DNA from: Pseudobdellovibrionaceae bacterium
GTDB lineage: Bacteria; Bdellovibrionota; Bdellovibrionia; Bdellovibrionales; Bdellovibrionaceae
Length of the DNA stretch: 64,000 nt
Direction: 5' to 3'
NCBI GenBank assembly: GCA_044359815.1
Contig: JBIKLL010000002.1
Span: 1-64,000 of the forward strand
Shown here piece after piece: positions 10,542-18,968 of this stretch. Below the pieces are notes generated by a model. It did no database searches. It saw nothing but the letters and a program-made list of their open reading frames with translations, and had not been told where the DNA came from. A program made the position numbers and the translations under genes. Numbering within the stretch: position 1 is the stretch's first letter; each line of letters opens with the position of its first letter.

Positions 10542-10753
10542 ATCCGTCTTAAGAAAACACATTAAAGAATTTTTCTATAAAATATTTTGTTCTTTTTTTA
10601 TTTAAATAGGCCCTCCGCGGAGCCTGGATGGCGGGGGCTTGGCCCGAGCGATCTGAATAGAGATACGAAACAAAGAGCTGTGGCCTTTTTAAGTAAAAAA
10701 AGAACAAAATATTTTATAGAAAAATTCTTTAATGTGTTTTCTTAAGGCGGATC
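10541..10753. repeat. long fold-back element with conserved GC-rich core
   Basis: 72-bp IR 10541-10612/10682-10753 with 3 mismatches, around core 10613-10681. Confidence 0.95.
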
Positions 10754-10916
10754 GCTGGACCTTTGGCTGATTTTGTTGGCTGCGGGCGGTGGGGGTGATG
10801 GGATTTTGCTGGACCTTGGTCGAAAAAATTATCGTGAAAGTGTCTGCGCACTTTAGATTGTCCAAACTTTTGACGACAAGAAAAGTGACAGTTTCGGTAA
10901 ACAAAAGGAGAACATC

Positions 10917-12479
10917 ATGATCAATTGGGATGAGTTTGAACATATACATGTGATCAAACGACTTAGACATATATTAAGCGCATGGTGGAATGTCGACGTT
11001 ATCTTTACTGACGAGCGTGGACAGATCAAAGGCTTTGATTCTGGCAAAACCGTTTTTGCAAATCCAGCAAACGGATTTTTAATGTCAAAAGAATCTGCAG
11101 TGAACGCGCTTAGCGAAATGGTTGTAAAAACAATCGACGATCTGCGAGTTTCTGACAATCGATTTGCGATGAAGCGATGGGATATGGGTTCCTTTGATGT
11201 GGGGATCTTTCCAATCATGATCGACAATGATTTTATGGGAACAGTTGTTGCCATGGGATTTTTTAAGGAAGCAAATTTTTCTACAAGAGTTCCAGAGGTT
11301 CGCGATCGATTAGCAGCTTTTGGCGCCAGTGGCGAACTGGTTGAAAAAGCACTTTCTAAATTTAAGCATTTAGATGACAACGAAAGACAACACTTCTGTG
11401 AAATCTGTGATCTGGTTGCTCAAGAGGTCGTAACATTACATCTGGAAATCACCAGACGTGAAGACAGAATCCGCGAGCTAAACAAAGAACTGGGAAGCCG
11501 ATATAAATACGACAACATGATTGGTAAATCTAAACCAATGCAGGCTTTGTATGCTTTATTGGATAAAATCAAACACGCTGATTCAACTGTGTTGATTCAA
11601 GGTGAAAACGGTACTGGTAAAGAACTAATTGCCAAAGCCATTCACTATAATTCGCACAGAAAAGATAAAACTTTTGTGATTCAGAACTGTTCTGCATTTA
11701 ATGACAATTTATTAGAGTCAGAATTATTCGGTCACGTTAAAGGTTCGTTCACTGGCGCTTTAAAAGACAAAAAAGGTCTGTTTGAAATCGCTGATAAGGG
11801 AACATTTTTCCTGGATGAGATCGGTGATACTTCACCAACCATGCAGGTTAAATTATTACGTGTTCTGCAAGAGGGTACTTTTTTACCTGTAGGTTCGACT
11901 GAAGTTCGCAAAGTTGACGTGCGAATCATCGCAGCTACAAATAAGAATTTAAAAGAAATGGTTGAACAAGGCACCTTCAGGGAAGACTTGTACTACCGAT
12001 TAAACGTGATCAATCTGCGCGTTCCACCACTGCGTGAACGTAAAGAAGACATTCCATTATTGGCAGAATTTTTCCTGCAGCGAGCGGCTGAAGCTCAAGG
12101 CGGCGCAAAACGCATGCTGACCAAGCGAGCTCTTGAAAAATTATATGATTATCCATGGCCAGGAAACGTCAGGGAATTACAAAACGAAATGGAAAGACTG
12201 GTAGTATTGGCTGGCGAAGAAACCAAGATTTTGCCAGAAATGCTGTCGCCAAAAATCTTAGAAGTTAGTGAAAAATCAAAAGTCCAAGGTGCTCGATTAC
12301 AAGGTAAACTGAAAGACGCACTGGAAGAGCTTGAGCGAGATATGATTAAAGAGGGCCTTCGCCGAACTGGATGGAATAAATCCAAGCTGGCCAAGGAACT
12401 GGGGATATCTCGTGCTGGATTGATTATGAAAGTAGAAAAGTACGGCCTTGATAAACGAAAAGTGGCCAGAGCTACATAG
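10917..12479 (+). CDS. sigma54-dependent Fis-family enhancer-binding protein with PocR-like N-terminal sensor
   Basis: GENGTGKE, ESELFGH, GSFTGA, FLDEIG, WPGNVREL and a C-terminal HTH. Confidence 0.95.
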   Translation: MINWDEFEHIHVIKRLRHILSAWWNVDVIFTDERGQIKGFDSGKTVFANPANGFLMSKESAVNALSEMVVKTIDDLRVSDNRFAMKRWDMGSFDVGIFPIMIDNDFMGTVVAMGFFKEANFSTRVPEVRDRLAAFGASGELVEKALSKFKHLDDNERQHFCEICDLVAQEVVTLHLEITRREDRIRELNKELGSRYKYDNMIGKSKPMQALYALLDKIKHADSTVLIQGENGTGKELIAKAIHYNSHRKDKTFVIQNCSAFNDNLLESELFGHVKGSFTGALKDKKGLFEIADKGTFFLDEIGDTSPTMQVKLLRVLQEGTFLPVGSTEVRKVDVRIIAATNKNLKEMVEQGTFREDLYYRLNVINLRVPPLRERKEDIPLLAEFFLQRAAEAQGGAKRMLTKRALEKLYDYPWPGNVRELQNEMERLVVLAGEETKILPEMLSPKILEVSEKSKVQGARLQGKLKDALEELERDMIKEGLRRTGWNKSKLAKELGISRAGLIMKVEKYGLDKRKVARAT

Positions 12480-12539
12480 TATTCAGTTTTGATTAACCGC
12501 TTTGATTAGCAACATTGTCTACATCTTGAAAAGCAGCAT

Positions 12540-12573
12540 AACCCCGCCTAAACAGCGGGGTTTGTCTTTTTTT
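12540..12573 (+). terminator. intrinsic terminator
   Basis: AACCCCGC-ctaaaca-GCGGGGTT followed by a T-rich tract. Confidence 0.8.
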
Positions 12574-12658
12574 CTTGGCTGTCATTTTCGCGAACAGGGC
12601 GAAATTTTCAATCAAATCGCCATCTTAAATTAAAGCCCTCAGTAACCACAAAAGCATC

Positions 12659-12674
12659 AGGCATGCAGTTTGCC
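12659..12674 (+). promoter_or_regulatory. sigma54 -24/-12 promoter
   Basis: AGGCATGCAGTTTGCC, GG-N10-GC, upstream of ATG 12738. Confidence 0.65.
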
Positions 12675-12737
12675 TTATGGATCCAATAAGCACTCGGCCG
12701 TGGGTATGGCCGATCAGGGATATGTGAAGGGACATGT

Positions 12738-13565
12738 ATGATAAATGATGTTTTAAAAACATCATCAGTTTCACGATTGGTGGGTTTGATAAATAGCCGC
12801 TATGGCAAGGGGTTAAGTTTGTCTTTTTTGAACGATACCAGTTCAAAAGAGATTCTGTCGCAGTCGCCATCTTTGGTCGAAAGCGATTTGCGGATTCCGA
12901 TTACTTACAATGATAAGTATTTGGCGACTGCAACAATATCTGAGGCTGGGGATCTTTCGCGCGAAGAACAGATTCAAATCTGTCACTTGGTGCGAATGAT
13001 TCTGCAGCCGGTTTTGTACAATCAGTATTTACAGCAAAAACCAATGGTCCAAAATCAATCAACAGAAAAAGCCCCTAACGTTGTTAAGATGATCGGGACT
13101 GGCACAAATGTTTCAGAACATTTTAGCCCCAGAGTTTTTGAAACCAATATTATATTTTTACAAAGCTCCAGCGAACTGCTGTTACAAAAAGTCAGTAATA
13201 TCGTGCATGAATTTTCATCACGATGGGCTTATTTACCAATTGATTCAATTGCCTCGACCGTAAAAACTTCGGCTGATCTGACCGCTGTGGGTGACGTTAC
13301 GATTTGTGTAACAGTTGATAATTTACGAAATCCTGAAATCCAGAATCTAGTTTTGAATTATATTAAATCGACTGACAGAAACAGCGGCGGTCCTTTGATA
13401 CTGATTCAATCTGCATTAGTGCCAAAAGATTTAGCTCATTCTATGGATTTGGATTCAGAGCTTTTGCAGTTTTTAAATAAAAATTTAATCGAGTGTCATC
13501 GCCTGCCTCAGGACCTAGACATGATGACAGAAGCCCTTGAGCTTTTGCTTGAGGTCAGAGGGTAA
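12738..13565 (+). CDS. hypothetical protein, possible degenerate sigma54-activator-like (pseudo-AAA+) protein
   Basis: 275-aa ORF with RBS; segments align by eye to the upstream activator but Walker A and GAFTGA are missing. Confidence 0.75.
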   Translation: MINDVLKTSSVSRLVGLINSRYGKGLSLSFLNDTSSKEILSQSPSLVESDLRIPITYNDKYLATATISEAGDLSREEQIQICHLVRMILQPVLYNQYLQQKPMVQNQSTEKAPNVVKMIGTGTNVSEHFSPRVFETNIIFLQSSSELLLQKVSNIVHEFSSRWAYLPIDSIASTVKTSADLTAVGDVTICVTVDNLRNPEIQNLVLNYIKSTDRNSGGPLILIQSALVPKDLAHSMDLDSELLQFLNKNLIECHRLPQDLDMMTEALELLLEVRG

Positions 13566-13586
13566 TCCATCTACAATTTTAGGTGT

Positions 13587-14597
13587 ATGGATTATCCGTT
13601 CAAGACTTTTCTACAGGACTATTTCAAAGCCCCAGGCTTTAAAGTCATTCAGTTAGCTGGTGATGCCTCTAACCGCCGTTATTACCGCGTGGTTAAGGAT
13701 GAAACTTCAGTGGTGCTCATGCAATGGGAGCCCTTTGAACCCAAAGGTTACCCGTTTTTATCCGTTCAAGAACATTTTTTAAAACACAATGTCCACGTCC
13801 CAAGGGTCCTGGCAATGAATCCCATGCAGGGGTTTGTCTTGTTGGAAGACCTGGGCGATCTGACATTAGAACGAAAATTTTGGGAAAACCAAAATCCCGA
13901 AGTTTCAATGTCATTTTACAAACAAGCTATTGATGAATTGCTGAAAATTCACACCAAGGCCTCTGCAGATAAATCAGACTGCATAGCCTTTAAGATTGAA
14001 TTCGATGTAGAAAAACTGCTGTGGGAAATGAACTATGGCCGAGACAATTTATTATTTGGCGTTTGTGGATTGAAGCTTGATGAAAAATCAAAAAACGAAC
14101 TGTTGAATGTTTTTGTATCGATTTGCCAGTTGCTGCACAATCAACCAAAGTTTATCGCACACAGGGATTACCATTCGCGAAATCTAATGATTAAATACGA
14201 TAAAATGCGTGTTATTGATTTTCAGGACGCCAGGCTGGGGCCTATCCAGTATGACCTGGTTAGTTTGCTGAAGGATTCTTATGTGCAGATTCCTGATTCA
14301 ATGGCTAATGATTTGATTGGGTATTATCTGGATCAGGCAAGGCCCAATTTACCCAATAATTTTTCAAAACAAGAATTTGATAGAATCTATGAAATCCAAA
14401 CCATTCAAAGATGCTTTAAGGCCTGCGGCAGTTTTTCAAGCTTCTTTCATCAACGACAGGACCGCCGGTATTTAAAATACATTTCTGGAACGCTGAAACG
14501 GGTGAAAAAGAGCTTAGACAGGTTTCCTGAATACAAGGTTTTTGAAACTGTGCTGAATGATTCGGGTGCCTTTGATAAGGACTATGCCTCGCTATGA
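13587..14597 (+). CDS. amgK: anomeric MurNAc/GlcNAc kinase (APH-family phosphotransferase)
   Basis: LAGDASNRRYYR, LEDLGD, HRDYHSRNLM, IDFQDA, YDLVSLLKD; adjacent nucleotidyltransferase. Confidence 0.85.
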   Translation: MDYPFKTFLQDYFKAPGFKVIQLAGDASNRRYYRVVKDETSVVLMQWEPFEPKGYPFLSVQEHFLKHNVHVPRVLAMNPMQGFVLLEDLGDLTLERKFWENQNPEVSMSFYKQAIDELLKIHTKASADKSDCIAFKIEFDVEKLLWEMNYGRDNLLFGVCGLKLDEKSKNELLNVFVSICQLLHNQPKFIAHRDYHSRNLMIKYDKMRVIDFQDARLGPIQYDLVSLLKDSYVQIPDSMANDLIGYYLDQARPNLPNNFSKQEFDRIYEIQTIQRCFKACGSFSSFFHQRQDRRYLKYISGTLKRVKKSLDRFPEYKVFETVLNDSGAFDKDYASL

Positions 14598-15442
14598 AAA
14601 AATATAATTTATTTTTACTGTGTGCGGGTGAGGGCACTCGGCTGCGACCCTTTACCATGCAGCGGCCTAAACCATTGATACCTTTTTTAGGCGTCCCTCT
14701 GGTTGAGTGGGTCAGAAGATTATTCAACCCGTCTTATGTGGATAAAACTGTGGTTAATGTCTTTCATTTAGCTGATCACATAGAAAAATATTTTAAATCA
14801 GAAGGGGCGCAGGTGTCTGACGAAAGACATCGTTTATTGGGAAGCGGTGGTGGAGTTCACAAAGCCCTCAGCTTATTGTCCACCACTGAGAGCTTTTTTT
14901 ATGCTAATGCAGACGAAATTATTTTGCCTACAAACAAAAGCTGCATCGATCGCTTGATTGAAAAACACGAGTCCACTCAGGCCATTGCAACCCTGCTGGT
15001 GACAAAGCATCCCCAGGTCGGTGAAAAATTTGGCGGAGCCTGGAGCAAGGATCATGAAACCGTTCAAATGTTTTCCAAAGAAAATCCAGGCAAAGGTTTT
15101 TATGGGTTTCATTTTGTCGGAATCATTTTGATTAATAGCCGTATCAAGAAATATTTTAAACCACAGGTCACAGACGAAAATATTTTATACGAGACCCTGT
15201 CCAAGGCCATCAACAATGGCGAAAAAGTCATCCTGCACGAAGAACCCATGGACTGGTTTGAGACGGGCAACCCCAAAGATTTTCAAAACTCAGAAAGCCA
15301 GATTCATTTTCATATACAAAATAATGACAGACCTTGGGTGAATGAAATCAAAGGATTTATACAGGGCAAGGGAACACAGGAAGTCATTGTGACGGATAAT
15401 CGCAAAAAATCCGAGGACAGAATCAAAGACCTGCTGAGCTGA
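14594..15442 (+). CDS. murU: MurNAc-1-phosphate uridylyltransferase-like nucleotidyltransferase
   Basis: CAGEGTRLRPFT..RPKPL, LLGSGGG; 4-bp overlap with amgK. Confidence 0.75.
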   Translation: MKKYNLFLLCAGEGTRLRPFTMQRPKPLIPFLGVPLVEWVRRLFNPSYVDKTVVNVFHLADHIEKYFKSEGAQVSDERHRLLGSGGGVHKALSLLSTTESFFYANADEIILPTNKSCIDRLIEKHESTQAIATLLVTKHPQVGEKFGGAWSKDHETVQMFSKENPGKGFYGFHFVGIILINSRIKKYFKPQVTDENILYETLSKAINNGEKVILHEEPMDWFETGNPKDFQNSESQIHFHIQNNDRPWVNEIKGFIQGKGTQEVIVTDNRKKSEDRIKDLLS

Positions 15443-15841
15443 AGGCAAAAAGGTTTTCGTTCACAGAAAATCAACAATGTGTCTTTTAATTCCAGATGGC
15501 ATCTTTTTCTGTGATTGATTTGAATTTTAGAAATTAGGTCTATAATTTTACACCTAGTGAATACTTGCTAACGGCCGCAAGCTCATCTCTCGTATCGAGT
15601 CATTTATTTGAATTAGGTTTATGATTAATAAATTACCATAAACCTAATTCAAATAAATGACTCGACACCAGATATGCCATGCGCGCTCGCAAATGTATTC
15701 ACAAGATGTAAAATTATAGACCTAATTTCTAAAATTCAAATCAATCACAGCCTTGTGGGCCAGTTATTTCTTAACAAAACACATTGTTGATTTTCTGTGA
15801 ACGAAGTTTTTTGGTTCAGCTCGACAGGTATTTGATTCTGT
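15417..15841. repeat. 425-bp nested imperfect palindrome
   Basis: perfect paired blocks of 27, 44 and 29 bp (15456-15482/15779-15805; 15509-15552/15707-15750; 15595-15623/15637-15665) and a 13-nt central loop. Confidence 0.95.
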
Positions 15842-15887
15842 ACCTTATGCGCTTAGGGGGAGGGTTTAATTAGAACTTTTTTTAGTG

Positions 15888-16391
15888 CTAGGACCAGTTT
15901 TTGAGGTGGTATTTTAGGCGGAAGATCAGAAATTTTTTGTCGGCGTGTGCACCGGCAAATTTTAGTTTTGGCACGGCGTTTTTACCCATGGCTTTTAGGA
16001 TTTGCGTGGCATTAAATCTGGCAATCAGTTCCAGAACTGTTGCTGCCACATCAGTCATATTGTTTTTTGATAACTTTTCCAGAAAGCTTTCCATAAAATC
16101 TCGATCCATACTGACTGATTTATCAATGATAGCTGTGTCTAAAAATCTGCTGATAGCTTTCTGATCAGCGATACCCAGACTGGCGTGTTCGAAAGCTTCG
16201 ATTTTGATATTAGCTAAATAATTTTGGCAAAACATTTCAAAGAGACGCAAGCCCAGTGGTGATTTAATCATTTTTGCAGTTTTGAGTTTTGGTTTTTTGA
16301 TTTTAAAATTTATGGATTCATCCAAAAATATTTCAATAGTTGGTTTTGATATTTTTGCTTTTTGTTTCATGCAACTGATAAAAGTTTGCAC
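15888..16391 (-). CDS. hypothetical protein
   Basis: 167-aa ORF co-oriented with the upstream pair; start uncertain. Confidence 0.5.
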   Translation of the reverse strand: MQTFISCMKQKAKISKPTIEIFLDESINFKIKKPKLKTAKMIKSPLGLRLFEMFCQNYLANIKIEAFEHASLGIADQKAISRFLDTAIIDKSVSMDRDFMESFLEKLSKNNMTDVAATVLELIARFNATQILKAMGKNAVPKLKFAGAHADKKFLIFRLKYHLKNWS

Positions 16392-16414
16392 GACGAAATT
16401 TATTTACACAACAA

Positions 16415-17371
16415 TTAATAATTCCAAGATTCATTAGTATAAATAAATTTGTATCTTCGATTTTGGATTTTATAGATTGAATCCACTGCAACACCGATTT
16501 GTTCGCCGTTATACATAACTGATGATCCTTCTACCTGTGCGGGATCCCGATTAACACCAATCGATCCCTGTCCTGCACCGGCAATTCCAAAACCAATGCC
16601 ACCTGATCCTGCTGTTGCAGATCTGCCACCTCCGCCACCGTCTCCACCCGAATAATCTCCCGTTGATTCAATAACGCTGGTATCGGTTGAGCTTCCATCA
16701 ACGCCTTTTGCGGCTTTATTGATTTTCTCCATCACTTTACCAAAATCAGCAATCTGCGCACCGGAGAATCCCTTGGCTGCCATAGATTGCGGGGAATTAA
16801 AATCGCTAGCTGCAAAGGTTGACCCATCCGGCATCGTGAATTTGCCTTTTTTAAGATCTACTTTGATGCCCATGGATTTTAATTTATCAATGTCCCTCAT
16901 GGCCTGTTGGTATTTAGGATTATTTTTTAAATCAATGCCTTTTGATCCCGTCTTTCCAGATCCTGGATCTCCAATATTTGATGTCACGTCGGCCACTGCA
17001 GCGCCGGAAGTTTTCGAGGCACCACTCATAGCCAGGGTAGCAACGCCAGCCATTGCGGCTCCGGCAACCCAGTATGGACACTGGGGATTGCCGGGTTTGG
17101 AGCAAGTTACAACAGCCATTGTTGTTGCCATAGCAGTTGCTGCTACACCCAACATAGTTCCCATGTTTTGAGAATCTTGCGCAGCTTGAGCCGTTTTTTT
17201 AACAGCTGGAGCTTCGAATTTCGAAGTACTGGTTGCTGTTGAAATATTTCCGTCAAGGCCTTTTGTCGGCGCAGGACCCACAGTAGACTGTCTGGCTTGC
17301 GCATGCACAGCAACACTAAAAAAAACTTGGCTTAGAACTAAAGTCAGTTTCATGATCAAATGCGATTTCAT
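16415..17371 (-). CDS. secreted Gly-rich hypothetical protein with hydrophobic Cys-closed hairpin
   Basis: signal peptide, two Ala/Gly-rich hydrophobic helices flanking CSKPGNPQC, Gly-rich linker. Confidence 0.85.
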   Translation of the reverse strand: MKSHLIMKLTLVLSQVFFSVAVHAQARQSTVGPAPTKGLDGNISTATSTSKFEAPAVKKTAQAAQDSQNMGTMLGVAATAMATTMAVVTCSKPGNPQCPYWVAGAAMAGVATLAMSGASKTSGAAVADVTSNIGDPGSGKTGSKGIDLKNNPKYQQAMRDIDKLKSMGIKVDLKKGKFTMPDGSTFAASDFNSPQSMAAKGFSGAQIADFGKVMEKINKAAKGVDGSSTDTSVIESTGDYSGGDGGGGGRSATAGSGGIGFGIAGAGQGSIGVNRDPAQVEGSSVMYNGEQIGVAVDSIYKIQNRRYKFIYTNESWNY

Positions 17372-17379
17372 AAAACTTC

Positions 17380-18795
17380 CTATCTTCCGCCGTCGCGTAC
17401 TAGCGACGAAGCTTTAATTAAATACGTGCTGTTTATTTTTTCAAAATTTGATTTGCCACTGCCGACAGTGATTCCAGCTGCAGTCATAGCTGCGACGTTT
17501 GATGGAACCCTGCCTGGATCGTTTTTGCCGTTTGGAGCATAGGCTGCCATTCGAGCTGCGTAGTCTGAATAGCTGCTGCTGCTGCCATAGCCTCCGCCAC
17601 CGCCGCCACCACCACCACCGCCTTCACTGCCGCTCAGAATATTTGTATTGTATCCAGAACCTTTGCCAGCAGTTTTGGCCGGACTGCCTTTGCCACCCAT
17701 GGGTAGCCCAACGCCGCCACCACCACCGCCATCAACACCTTTTTGGTTTGTTTTTGCGGCTGCAGTTCCAAAATGTTTCATAGCTGTATTGTCTGTTGTG
17801 ATTGTGGTTCCCATTGAACCAATACCGCTGCCAGCACTGTCTGTGCCCGTGGCTGTTCGACCACCGCTGGAAGAACTGAATGATGCACCTGATGATCCCA
17901 TCTTGTAGCTTCCGCAACCAGGAAGGGCTGGATTATTTAGACAGATACATTTTTCTTTGGATTTATTTTCGGGTTTAGAACAATCAACCTCTGCAGCAGC
18001 AACGCAAACTGGATCGGTTGGATTTAATCTGCAGTCACTGTTTGCTTGTTTTTGTTCGCAGCCTTTATGCGTGGTCATCAGTTGCGAAATAATTTTTGTT
18101 AACCCCAATCCAGCCGCACCCAGCTGAATATAGTAGTCATCGCATTTTGCTTTTCGCGCTTGGGATCTCATAACTGCTGGTTGAAGTTCAGCTATATCTG
18201 CAGTAATCGCTTTAATTTCCGCTTTTGCAACTCCAGTATCCATTCCAGTAGCAACTATTTTTTCAAGGGGAGGCAATGCTGCCTTTAGATCTGCTATTGC
18301 TTTCTCATAAGCGACCGTTAAGTTTGCGCATCTGTTGTTACAAGCCAGTCTGTAACCACCGCAAGTGGCATTGTATCCGGCCAAAGCCCCGCTTAAGAGC
18401 TTCATTAGATCGTTTGATTTTTCACAGGCCTGCTTACCACTAGAGCCTTCAAGCATTGGCAACAAAGCCCCTGCAGCCGCTGTTCCGTATTTTATATAAG
18501 GACTGGTTTGTTCCAGACAGATTGCATCTGCGGCTTCGGCATTCGATTTACATCTTGAAGCGGCTAAATCTAATGATGTTCTCAGCTGAGCTGAAGCCAT
18601 TGATTTGAGAACTGGTGGACACACTAAAATTGGTGATGCCATACTTTCTACACCGACACCGGGCGGACCACTCCTAGCTAATTCTACCAGCAACTCTTCT
18701 GATTTAACTCCATCCATACAAGTCTGAGCGCTGGCGAAAGACGAAAATATCAAAAATGTCGCTATAAATGTCAGTGCAAAAACACATAGTTTCAT
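17380..18795 (-). CDS. secreted Cys-rich/Gly-rich hypothetical protein
   Basis: signal peptide from ATG 18795 (ORF open to 18882), many Cys, poly-Gly tract. Confidence 0.85.
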   Translation of the reverse strand: MKLCVFALTFIATFLIFSSFASAQTCMDGVKSEELLVELARSGPPGVGVESMASPILVCPPVLKSMASAQLRTSLDLAASRCKSNAEAADAICLEQTSPYIKYGTAAAGALLPMLEGSSGKQACEKSNDLMKLLSGALAGYNATCGGYRLACNNRCANLTVAYEKAIADLKAALPPLEKIVATGMDTGVAKAEIKAITADIAELQPAVMRSQARKAKCDDYYIQLGAAGLGLTKIISQLMTTHKGCEQKQANSDCRLNPTDPVCVAAAEVDCSKPENKSKEKCICLNNPALPGCGSYKMGSSGASFSSSSGGRTATGTDSAGSGIGSMGTTITTDNTAMKHFGTAAAKTNQKGVDGGGGGGVGLPMGGKGSPAKTAGKGSGYNTNILSGSEGGGGGGGGGGGYGSSSSYSDYAARMAAYAPNGKNDPGRVPSNVAAMTAAGITVGSGKSNFEKINSTYLIKASSLVRDGGR

Positions 18796-18802
18796 AACAG
18801 AC

Positions 18803-18829
18803 TTTTCGGCAGATTGAAGACCTTGATTA
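18803..18829 (-). promoter_or_regulatory. putative sigma28 (FliA) promoter
   Basis: TAAT-N15-GCCGAAAA on the minus strand, 7 nt before ATG 18795. Confidence 0.45.
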
Positions 18830-18968
18830 AAGCAATTTAATGATCTCAATTTCATCCCCCCGGATACTGATAAGGGATGCAATACAGCGGCTAGACCAAA
18901 GGCTATCTATTGGATTTGAGACACTTTTCCTGCTTAAAACCTGGCACTCTGTCGTAACTTTAGACAGC

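Noticed and set aside
2891..10753. Fold-back elements as retron msr-msd
   Set aside because: They have inverted flanks, but there is no adjacent reverse transcriptase and the copies lie beside unrelated housekeeping genes.
10689..10970. 93-aa minus-strand ORF
   Set aside because: It runs through a palindrome arm and antisense to the activator start; probably spurious.
2891..15841. Palindromic elements as CRISPR arrays
   Set aside because: There are no tandem direct repeats with spacers and no cas genes; the repeats are inverted and dispersed.
16331..16342. 12-nt match TTTCAATAGTTG between the 3079-3090 arm and the 15888-16391 ORF, as a guide-target pair
   Set aside because: Too short and AT-rich; expected by chance in 64 kb.
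18878..18893. Sigma54-like TAGCCGCTGTATTGCA on the minus strand
   Set aside because: It lacks the invariant GG at -24.
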